Positions 22,696-33,726 of a stretch of DNA of 64,000 nucleotides are shown one piece after another (position 1 is the first letter of the stretch; each line of letters starts with the position of its first letter). The notes under the pieces were generated by a model. The model did no database searches. It saw only the letters and a program-made list of their open reading frames with translations, and was not told where the DNA came from. Origin of the DNA: Asterias rubens (Eukaryota); contig NC_047075.1 in NCBI RefSeq assembly GCF_902459465.1, forward strand, positions 2,604,001 to 2,668,000, given 5' to 3'. The position numbers and the translations under genes were made by a program.

Positions 22696-23377
22696 AACCC
22701 ACATTTTCACAGGTTTGTTATTTTATGCAAATGTTGGGATAAACCAAGTGAAAACAAAGGTCTTTGACAACTAACTATCAAACAGGTCCAGTGCCTTTGA
22801 GATAGACAACCGGGACAAAACTAAAGTTGTTTTTACATGTTTTGTGGGTAGCTTCTGCGTTTTGGTATTATGGGTTTTTTTTTCATGTTGGCAGGGGTAG
22901 TTGAACATAAAAAGTGACAATAAAACCTGTTGACACATTAGTCCATAACAAATGATTTTCTAAAGCAGGGAACCGCGAAGATATTTTTCTCACAAATATA
23001 CTCTGTTGTATAGCAGTAATACGTTCTCGCACCTTTTGGCAATCATCAGATGTGTGTGGGTGGTTATAAATTAATCAGTAGGTTCCATGACTTACTGTTT
23101 TCTATGATTTTGTTAGCATGATCTGTCGCCAAGGTTATTACGTGGTCGGGTGGTTTTGCTGTGTTTTGCTAATATTTCATTGCTGTGGGAATGATGACGT
23201 CAGTGGGTGGAGCTTATTGCATTAAAAGTGTTGGCGACCAAAGATTTGGTTCATTTGATCCGTCTGTGTCAAGGAGTAGCTGTCAGTGTCAGGACAACTT
23301 TCAACCAACAGTAAAGAGGGAAAGAAAATTACAATTTTCTCTCTGATACTTGAAAATAGATTCCAGGAATATTCATC

Positions 23378-23766
23378 ATGGAAGTTATGATCACAATCTT
23401 GGTTCTGATTTTGGTGGTACAAATCTGCCAGAGTGCAAGTCAACAACGGTTCATCGAAACACTCTACTTGGCTGAAAACCGAGCCTTACTTAATCATGGG
23501 TTTCAGTGGAAGACTGTATCTTCTCCTGTGATCTGTGGGCGAGACTGCTCTATGGATCCACAGTGTGCATCATTCAACTATCACATCATAAGAGGTATTT
23601 GTGAGTTGAATAATGCCAGCAGAGCTCATAGCCCTGATGACTTTGTTGCGAGTCAAGGAGTCCACAGGGAGAGGTGACATATGGACTGGGAATACAATGG
23701 TTCAGCTGGAAAGGACATAAATACTCCCTGAAGAAATGCAGCATGAAAATACGGCAAGTTGTGTAA
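23378..23766 (+). pseudogene. FReD3: signal + PAN domain fused out of frame to the last 34 FBG codons (about 600-nt internal deletion)
   Basis: Codons 1-94 match the FReD1 N-terminus. From 23662 a shifted frame reads PQGEVTYGLGIQWFSWKGHKYSLKKCSMKIRQVV*. As assembled, the ORF stops at 23677 (99 aa). Confidence 0.8.
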
Positions 23767-23790
23767 CTATCAACCCATTGACCAGGGACA

Positions 23791-23871
23791 CTAATAAAGT
23801 GGAATGACTGGAGTGGGGATTATTACTCCCTCAAGAAATGTAGCATGAAAATACGACAACTCGAACTCTAA
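23791..23871 (+). pseudogene. Orphan, stop-free FBG C-terminal fragment downstream of FReD3
   Basis: Reads LIKWNDWSGDYYSLKKCSMKIRQLEL*, preceded by an in-frame TGA at 23779. Confidence 0.75.
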
Positions 23872-24680
23872 CCTAGGGTTCATGGGACATGAATTGACTG
23901 ACTTGTTGAACTGGAAAGGTTATTGATTGTGCTGCTGAAAGAAATAACCGGAGACTCTCCTTAAAGGATTTGGGTGCTTTTTGTAACACAAAACACATCG
24001 CCATAGATTTACATTAAACTTACACCATTTGAAGATAGTGATAATATAAAGCTAACCTTGAAGAATTAGATGCTGAGGTGCTGTAGTTTTTGAGAAATTA
24101 GTAAAACAATATCATGAAAATACGTTTTTACATGCTAAATAATTTTCGTCTCTTGATCAGTGAGGCGAAAATTATTTTCATGATATTGTTTTACTCATTT
24201 CTCAAAAACTACAGCATCTCAGCAACTGATATTTTCAGGGAAGCTTTCTGCTATCATTATCTTCAAACTGTGTAAGCTTGGTATAAATCTGTGGACATGG
24301 GGTTTTAGTCCAACAAAAGTACATAGATCAACAACTCATCAACGGTGGGATTTTTAATTGCGTTTAACATTATCAATGTTTAAAAAATAAAATAAAAAAA
24401 AACTGCACCAAAAACAACCTCCTATATAAAGTGAACGTGAAAAACTTAAAAATCAAAAGGCTAAAATGTCTTTGACAAAGGAACTGCCAACTGTTTGTTG
24501 GTGGTAAAAGGGACAATACGAAAACCTTCACAGTGGTATATTTTTAAAATCATCATTCTAAAGTTGATTTTCATTCAGTATACGAACGTCGGAAATATAA
24601 AATCATTAGATAAAGACTGTTTTATTATCATTGTAGAATGTTCTTCACTAGAATTTGTCATTTGACATTTTATGATCATA

Positions 24681-25200
24681 GTATACAAATATTGACTGCT
24701 TCGAGTGCTATGGTTAAAACTATGACTCCCGAGGTGATCCCCGGAGCGTTCTATTTTCCCGAGGCGAAGCCGAGGGAAAATAGAACGCTCCGGGGATCAC
24801 CGAGGGAGTCATCGTTTTGACCATTGCACGAGTAAAAGCAGTCAATATTTGTTTTATAACACCCCAAACATTTCTAAATACTGTACTATTATTATTAAGT
24901 TACAGACCTGAATGCTACAATCCACGGACGACGCGAATACAGATTGCAAAAACTTTTACTGTGCTGCATGTAGTGTCGTGCAATCCGAAATGGTTACAGA
25001 CTATGTTTTCATATTAATTATCATTCTCGTACACGCAACGGGCGTCTGGGTACTGCACGCCGTGTGTTAGTCTTCGGACTAGCGCACGGCAAACCGACGC
25101 ACTATCACACGGCCGTCGTCTAGCAAAACTAAGACATGTCATGTGACGCGCTCTTAACCAATGAGCAGGCAGAATACTTGTAATGGGTGTTATAGCTTTA
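24681..25200. mobile_element. Insertion with a palindromic CCGAGGCGAAGCCGAGG core (class uncertain)
   Basis: Absent from the paralogous sequence at about 7380, where TATGATCATAG runs almost directly into GTGTTGTGATTTG. Contains an inverted repeat CCCCGGAGCGTTCTATTTTCCC...GGGAAAATAGAACGCTCCGGGG. Confidence 0.55.
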
Positions 25201-25543
25201 CCAAGTGTTGTGATTTGTGTTGTGAAGCAAATTTAGGTAGAAGTTTGTTTCAAACCTTTCAAGCGGTCAGCGATTTTGTTTTGAATTTTGAAAACTTTTA
25301 TCTGCTTAATTGTTGAATGGAAGATCGAACATGCTTTTTGTAGATCTCAAAATTGCTTGTGCTATTTAAAGCATTGGACACCTTTGGTAATTGTCAAAGT
25401 TGACTCAATTGTTTATCGAAGTTGCAAGAGAATAGTTAAAGAAAAAACACCAACGCTGCACAATGTGTGTGCTTTCAGATGCATAATAAAGGGCTTCAGG
25501 CCTAAAGAATTGTCTTATTTGATTGAGAAATTACCTCTTTTAA

Positions 25544-25924
25544 AGGCAGTGGACACTATTGGTAATTACTCAAAATATTTATTAGCATAAAACCTTACTT
25601 GGTAACGAGTAATGGGGAGAGGTTGATGGTATAAAACATTGTGAGAAACGGCTCCATCTGAAGTGCCATAGTTTTCGAGAAAGAAGTAATTTTCCATGAT
25701 TTTGATTTCGAGACCTCAGATTTAGAACTTGAGGTCTCGAAATCAACCATCTAAACGCACACAACTTCGTGTGACAAGGGTGTTTTTTCTTTTTTCATTA
25801 GTATCTCGCAAGTTCGATGACCGATTGAGCTCAAATTTTCACAGGTTTGTTATTTTATGTATATGTTGAGATACACCAACTGTGAAGGCTAGTCTTTGAC
25901 AATTACCAATAGTGTCCACTGCCA
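25544..25924. mobile_element. Kolobok-like MITE family 1
   Basis: Full length, with TIRs and TTAA flanks. Confidence 0.8.
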
Positions 25925-26756
25925 TTAAAAGAAACTACGTTACTTCAGAGGAGCCTTTTCTAACACCGTTTCATATCAACAGTAGCTCGTTACCAAGTAA
26001 GTTTTTATGCTAAAAATCATTTTGAGTTTTGTGTCCAGTGCCTTTAAGCAAATGATCACATATTGTAGAATGTTCTTCACTGTAATTTTGACATTTTATG
26101 ATCATAGTAGCATAGTGTTGTGATTTGTGTTGTGAAGCAAACTTTAAGCAAATGTGCCTTTAAGCAAATGGTCCAATGAAGTAGTATTTAAAATTGTCAA
26201 AGTGTCGATAAATGTATTTTTGTAAACTTTTTTTAACAAAACATTGCAGTGTCTTTGCCGTGCGATCACACGGCAACGACACTGCCGGTTTTAAACGGCC
26301 GTTTAAGAACTCGTCGGTACCCTTTTATTCCCTTCGTTATAATACAAAACATATCTGTGCGTACAAATATTGTGTAATTGTTTAGGTGCACAACAGCCGT
26401 TGGTAGCTTCATTAGGCTGACATTCTAAGATATGAGTTTGAAGATCAGTCGAACAGCAACATTGTTTTCTGAAATATTGAATTTATGAAGTGTTAAATCT
26501 GAGGACTGGAAACTCCAGTGAATTGTTGTTTTTATCTGATTGGCCAAAAAATTACCAGAAAAAAAATCAACATGAGCGTGTTTAAGAAAAGACTTTTTGA
26601 AATTGTATTTTCTCTTTTAATTCACATTTTTTTCTTGGTATTGATGTATGTAAACCTTAGATTAGTAAATAAAATAGAAATTACCTTCAGAAGGACAATT
26701 CTTACTTTCACCTGGTACCTTTTAGTGTTGACAATGTAAACATCGTTGTGTATAAT

Positions 26757-26898
26757 AGGAGACTTTAGGACGCTAGGTGGCAGCAGACTAACTAGGTAAA
26801 TGTCCATTGTTTACGTAGTTCTGAGCGTGCGCACATGACCGAATACAATGGATTTTTCCTGGTTAGTCTGCTGCCACCAAGCGTCCCAAAAGTCTCCC
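26757..26898. mobile_element. MITE family AGGAGACTTT-GGACGCTAGGTGGCAGCAGAC
   Basis: TIRs GGAGACTTT / AAAGTCTCC. Copies at about 28710-28880, 30078-30172, 44708-44850 and 62008-62140. Confidence 0.7.
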
Positions 26899-27487
26899 AT
26901 TAGCATCGTGTGCGCCCATTGGGATTCCGGTGCTGCATACTCCAAAGGGGTTGACATGGTTGTAGGAATACCTAAAGCTCAAAAAGGGTACCGATAAGAT
27001 AACCCACGACGCCTTGATGCAATTTAATGCAACTTGAAATACGCGTAACAAAATCATAATTACTATTCAACACCAAGATACTTTGAATCCTTGATTGGGA
27101 GAATGATCATCTTGTCACGTTCATAAAGAGATATGTACAGCTTTGAATGCCTATGGCCGATTGGGAATCCGAACTTGGGCTTTGTAAATGAGTCTGACAC
27201 CATTCTTGATTGGGGAATTATTCTGGTCCCGTTCATATAGTTAATTTGTGCAGCTTTGAATGCCTATAAAGACCGATTGGGAATCCGTAAGGCTTTGTAA
27301 AAGAGTCAGACACTTTTACACAACAAAATACTGTCTCAAATTTGAAGTCGCTAAGATACTCCTTGCATGTGACGTCACACGCTCAAAAAGCGCCCTCACT
27401 TGGGTAAAAAAGCGCCCTCACTTGGGTCAAAGGAGGCAAATGATTGGTGTTCTTTGTGCGTGAAAACGTGCGCGTCAGTGTAGCGTT

Positions 27488-27625
27488 AAGGCCGGTTTAT
27501 AGTCGGTCGCGCGACGGAATTCTTGCGCGCAATCCTAAGACTGAGGCCTAAAAACCGTGTCTTTTTATGATCGCGCGTCCAGATTTCCGACGCCCGACCA
27601 TCGCGCGACCGACTATAACTCGGCC
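27488..27625. mobile_element. MITE with GGCCGGTTTATAGTCGGTCGCGCGA TIRs
   Basis: Inverted copy TCGCGCGACCGACTATAACTCGGCC at about 27601-27625. Confidence 0.65.
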
Positions 27626-28434
27626 TATATGCAAGGGGTCTATCCTAGCGGGTTCGACTAATGCCCAATTTATTATAGTATCAGAGCTTGTGGTGTTTTT
27701 TTTTTTCATCCGGGGAACAAAAACTCTTGGACCATTGAAGTAGGGGGCTATTCCTGCATCCATGCTATTTTTGGTGTCACGGGGAAATCTCCCAGTAGTA
27801 TGGGAAGGTAACATGCGCTGATAGAGGAGGATTCAAAAGAGGGCGCTATCCAAAAAAGGTTTGTATATAGTTCTGTCCCCGGAGATTATGGCCTTTTTAT
27901 GGAGCCGAAGCCGTGGTTTCGAAAAGGGCTTATGTTTCACATGCGCTGTAGGAGAATCAAAAGAGGGCGCTATTTAAGAAGAGTTTTGTAAACCGTTTGC
28001 CAAACGGGGGGGGGGGGGCAAAAGATCTCCTGCCACACAAATTTCTTGGCTCTGCTTATCGTAAGCAAAGAATTTCCGCTTACGAAGGCAGGATGGTTCC
28101 ACGCTTACGTCAAGCATATTTTTAAAGACACCGGACACTATTGGTAACTGTCTAAGACCAGTCTTCTCACTTGGTATATCTCAACATAGGCATAAAATAA
28201 CAAACCTGTGAAAATTTAAGCTCAATTGGTCGTCGAAGTTGCGAGATAATCTAAGGGAAAAAAAACACTTTTGTCGCACGAAGTTGTGTGAGCTTTCAGA
28301 TGCTTGATTTCGAGACCTCAAAATCTAATTTTGAGGTCTCGAAATTAAATTACTGCAAACATTCATTTATGTACTGTGCGATACTTCTGAATGGTGTTTT
28401 GAAGTGTGTTTTGTGCTTTTTCTTTATTTTACAG

Positions 28435-31271
28435 TTCTGTCGACAACATGTCCAATCGACCCAGAATTAGAAGTCGGTGCAGCCGGCAACAGTTACGATT
28501 GTCCCGACACCCTACCGGACGGCACGGTGAATACGTATAACTCATGCTGCGTGAACGACAGAGCCGATGAGAATGGAGACTACCATACCTGCTGCCAAGA
28601 TCCTGAAGTTGCTAAAGGCGAGAGGTGAGAACTGAGAACCGTTTCACACAAAAACTTACTAAGCACAAGGAAATATTGCTTAACAGAAAAAGGTTACCAG
28701 CCAAAATTATATTAAGTTTACACTATTGTGACTGGTGGCCCACTTAATAGGAGACTTTGGAACGCTGTGTGGCTGCGGACCTACCAGGTAAATTTCCACT
28801 GTTCATTGTTTACGTAGCTCTTAGCATGCGCACACTGCCGTGAACAATGGAATTTACCTGGTAAGTCTGCTGCCACCAAGCGTCCCAAAAGTCCCCTACA
28901 GCTTTATGAAATTTGGCTTGGGGTCGATATCACAAAGAGCTAAGATTTATCTTTAACTTTTGTGCTTAAGCAGCTCCATTGCTTTGCTAAGTAAACAAAA
29001 TGAATGGGCACTGATACACAAATGTAAACATTGTGTTTCGGCTGGGAACCAGTTTCTGGTTTGATAGCAATAATTGTTTGTGCTTAGCAAGTTTTCTAAG
29101 ACCCGGAACCGGTCAATTCTGACCCGGTGTTTCGTTTTTAGTTTTTTTTTTAGAATGTACTGACATTGTAAAATTTAATGGTGGGCAAGTTCTAGCCCTG
29201 GCGGCCTTACACTTTCCGTTTTGTACTACAGTGACTCTGTTCCTGTGTACAGAGAAAGAGTCCTATATAGGGCTAGGCAAGTTCAAGCTTTAACATTGGC
29301 AGATACCTGCGCGAGTATTCATTATTATCATTTGTTTAAATGCGCTAAACAAGAACTAGTTTAAACTATCATAGTTATTTACACATATGCTCACTTTGCA
29401 GCGTGGGCAAGGGCAAGTTTTACGAACAATAGGGGGAGTGACCACAGGAATAATCTTTTCCTAACATATTGGGAGCCATTTATGGTACGAAAAACCAGAC
29501 TGCGCATTACATTGCCGTTGATCTCGTGGGTGTTCTTTTGAGTGAAATCGCTCAGAGAGCTTTGACATTCGAAGATCTGCACCAATTAATGTCAATTACA
29601 TGTTCCTGTATTCCTTTTTTGCAGCATGGGCAAGTTTTACGCCCTCTGCGGTACAATAGGGGGAGTGACCGCAGGAATAATGCTCCTAGTTTTCGTCAAG
29701 ACGTACTGCCAAGACGACACCTTTAAGTGTCTTAGGCCAATCAAGAAGGAGTTGAACAAGTGGTTTGCTTTGATCAGCGATGCTCTGTGTTTCTGTGGCT
29801 GCTGCCCCAAGTGAGTATTTGGGGGGGGGGGGTACAGTTTAAAATCTTGGGATGAAAGTTACGTAATAACTGGTTTTATGACAAGACTCCGACTCCTACT
29901 CATGTGGAAGTGTCATGGCCAAGCGGTGTCTCAGGGAAATCTGCCGCCGGAGATTCGGTCCCCCAATGGGAAATTAACATGGGCTGAGGAGGAGGATTCA
30001 AAAGAGGGGGCCATCAGAGGTAGTTTGTACACAGTTTGTCAAATATTGGGGGCAGAATCTCCTGTCACACAGACACATTTGGAGACTTTGAAACGCTAGG
30101 TGGCAGCAGACTTACTAGGTAAGGAATTTACCTGGTAAGTCTGCTGCCACCAAGCGTTCCGAAAGTCCCCTATTGACCACAAAAATGACATGAAATTTCT
30201 GTATACTTTATTGTTGAAAATTATGTGGCATCCATCTTTTAACATTTTACTCATTGTTATTCGTTTCAACTGTATGTTTAATTGTCATTGTCATTAGGCA
30301 AAATAATTATATACACTTAAATATTTGTGTATTTTGTACTATCACTTAATAAATTGTGTATATAATCTTAAGCCTGTTAATGACCCCCTTATATAGGCCA
30401 ACATCTTTCCCCCAAAGGTTTTAGTAGGCCTGGCCTTTTTTTAGGACTCGATGTTAAACCTCTATACCTTTCATTGTTGAATTATGTGGCATATTTTCAT
30501 ACCCATTGTTATTCGTTTCAACTGTATGTTTAGTTGTCATTGTCAACATGAAACATAATAATGTGCGTTGAATTGAATTGTGCTAACCACCATTATAAGG
30601 TCACCTTTATCACGGTACAGCCATCTTTAATTTCTCCCCTTGATATCAATGTTACCCAACCGAGGCTGGAATAACAAAATAGTGTGGTTCCTATTTGCAA
30701 AATGATTGGTGGTATTCATTATTGTTATTCGATACGAGGAACATGACCAAGATGTAGGCAGTATGATAAAGGTATATAGAGAATGGACTGTGCTGCAGCG
30801 CTCTTTATACTAAACTTACTACAGCATCTAAATATTATTTTATAATCTTCACAATGCAGAGGAACTTATAGAGATAGGAGTATAATTTAATTTTTATTTG
30901 CCCTTCGGGACTGTTTTCTAATTAAGTATTGTGGGTGTTTAGTAGAGTCAGTAATATAGACTGGTTAGTTCTCCATCACTCATAGTCTTAAAAAACGTAC
31001 TACAGTAGGCCTATCTAAGTTGAAGTTGAAGTTGTTTTATCATCTTCACACCTATAAGACTGAAAAACTACTTCCCATTTTTCGGCAAAAGTAAAAGGGT
31101 TTGTGGTTTGTGCTCCAGCAATTACTTACTAAACATTTTCTCATGATTTCTTCATAATGTAGAAAACTTCGCCGGAAGACAAAGAATGACACCAACGAGA
31201 AAGGGTCAAAGGTCAACAAATCCGGTGACCCGTCAACCACGGAGGTCAATATGGATGACTTCTGGATGTAA
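28435..31271 (+). CDS. Shisa-like (six-cysteine C-C-CC-CC) single-pass membrane protein; first (signal) exon not located
   Basis: Exons 28435-28624 (phase 1 to 2; TTCPID...YDCPD...NSCC...HTCCQDP), 29625-29810 (TM FYALCGTIGGVTAGIMLLVFV, then CFCGCCP) and 31163-31271 (KLRRK...DDFWM*). All are GT-AG with compatible phases. Confidence 0.75.
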
Positions 31272-31841
31272 AGGTCATCTTTAAAGGTCATTCTTTGGAA
31301 AGTGTTTTTTAAATAATTTTTAAACACATAAGTATTTATTTCATTTTATTAAAATGTTGATCAAATAATCAGAAATAATATGTACACTCATGTCATTTAA
31401 AATGTGAAACAAATAATGTACATTATATAAATCTACCTTTGAATTAGCCGCAAGAGGGCACTGTTTAAAAAATTCAAGAATGGAGTCAATAAACAGATCA
31501 ATTACCGGATTTTTGTGATTTTTTTAAAGAAAATAAACACTTTCATCAACTGGTTTTATAACATATTGTCAGATTTTTTCCAAATTCTTACTATGTTTAA
31601 TAAAAGGTTTTACTTTTACGTGACGTTCAACCAATCAGTCATAGCTCTAAACTTCTTATAGCTGCCTTTTTTTTTATTAAAAGTTGCTAAAATGTAGACT
31701 GATCTAGTTTTGTTTTGAAACGAGGTACAAATTTGTGCCAAATTGTTAATTTTGTAGAGTGAAAAGTTTATTAATAACCAATTGAATATATATATTTTAA
31801 AAAACTATTATGAATTTACAAATCTTAAAACACGTGTTTAA

Positions 31842-32167
31842 AGCCATTGGACACTTTCGGTAAACAGTATTGTCCAAAGCCCCACACTTCGTGTATCACA
31901 ACTTATATATAAAACAACAAACCTGTGAAAATTTAGGCTCAATTGGTCATCGGAGCCGGGAGAAAATGACGGGAAAACCCACCCTTGTTTCTGCACATAA
32001 ATCCGTAATTCTCGCTATCGAGAATTTATATTGTTTTAATGTTTTCTCAAAAAGTAAAGCGTTTCATGGAACAGTATTTCAAGAGAAGTCTTTCACCATT
32101 ACCTTCTGTAAACCCTAAAAATTATTTGTAAAACTTTTTTTTCTGTACCGAAGGTGTATAATGGCTT
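31842..32167. mobile_element. Kolobok-like MITE family 4 (TTAA-AGCCATTGGACACTTTCGG)
   Basis: A second, complete copy lies at 36113-36471 with TTAA flanks. Confidence 0.7.
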
Positions 32168-32989
32168 TCATTGTTTTTGATCAGCGTAGTGCTGATTTAC
32201 AGGCACTATCAAGAAAGATACAATAAAATTCACATGTGAAAGTTTCAGCTGTATACAATATATCTGGGGCTACATTTAGGTCAGGTATACATTTAGGGCT
32301 CGGGCTACATTACGGTGCCGCATAGGTTAATGGGTACAAACTGAACATCTAGCCGCAGCATTCACAAAATTCAAATTTGCCGTAATACACTTAAACTGAC
32401 CCAATCAACTCCGGAGGAACATTTCGTTCACAGGATACTTACTTCCATATCAAATTATTATTCATAATTCTTTTTAACAAAGAAGGATTTCGCAGAAATT
32501 TTTTAAAAGAAATGTCGATGTCATTAGTACGACCTAGCCTTTAAACGTACATCTTTCGGAGTTAAAATGGAGCGCCCCCATTAGTCTAGATCTTCAAAAA
32601 ACACCAAACTAATTATTAAGCCTGGAACACGATTCCACTTAGTTACAGTAATTACATGTGTGTATAAGAATGGAAGACATTTTGGCAAAATGAATAAGTC
32701 CAAATCCAGATTCGATGTGCTGTGAGTCAAGTATTTACAAAATAAGTTTCAACAATTTTTCGATGACGTATTTTTCTACGAGATGACTTCCTCAGATTTA
32801 AATATTTAATTGAAAAATTACCTCTTTTTCAAAAACTACGTTACAACCAAATAGGTTGTCATGTTATTTTAAAGTTTGAGTAATAACCAAACGTGTCCAG
32901 TGTTTTTAAAGAGTCTTAATTAAACAATTAAGCCCACGAATGAAATGATTTTCATGAATGAAGTTGACGACCAAAACAATCTTTCTTAA

Positions 32990-33269
32990 AGGCAGTGGAC
33001 ACAATTGGTAATTGGTAAAAGACTAGCCTTTACCCTTGTCACACCAAGTTGCGTGCGTTTAGATGGTTGATTTCGAGACCTCAAGTTCTAAATTTGAGGT
33101 CTCGAAATCAAATTCGTGGAAAATTAATTCTTTCTCGAAAATTATGGCACTTCAGAGGGAGCCGTTTCTCACAATGTTTTATACCATCAACCTCTCCCCA
33201 TTACTCGTCACCAGGAAAGTTTTTATGCTAATAATTATTTTGAGCAATTACCAATAGTGTCCACTGCCT
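32990..33269. mobile_element. Kolobok-like MITE family 1, internally deleted
   Basis: Both TIRs and TTAA flanks are present; the body is shortened. Confidence 0.7.
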
Positions 33270-33726
33270 TTAACCCAAACTCTTGTTATGTTTTCAATAA
33301 AGCTAAAGGCTGATCCCTTTTAATTCGTACAGAAACCAAAGGAGTGTAACATACGTAGCTAAAGCACATCTAACTACTGCTTTTTAGTGAATAAAAAATG
33401 TACACGTGTAAAAATGCGTCCGAAAACTAGAAAAGTAGAGCAAAGATGACGGCTTCAACAAAGATAGTTCAGGCTGGGCCAAATTCATAAAGCCGCTATG
33501 CTGCTTGGCATTTATGTTTCTGCTGAGCAAAAGATGATAGGGCACCAGTACGTCACAACAATGTAAACTTAATTTTATTTTGGCTGGTAACTATTGATGT
33601 TCAGCAATTCTTTTCTGTGTTTAGGTAGTTTTTTGTTGTGTTTACGGGCTTAATGAACTGCGCCCTTGGTTTGACCGCCTTTTTTACTCCATTTATCACT
33701 ACACAGTCTGGAACTGCATCCGGAAA

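Noticed and set aside
26572-26650. MSVFKKRLFEIVFSLLIHIFFLVLMY as the first exon of the Shisa-like gene
   Set aside because: It is signal-like, but the available GT donors are phase 0 or 2, while exon 28435 needs phase 1. It would be viable only if the adjacent T homopolymer is mis-sized, so it is left unassigned.
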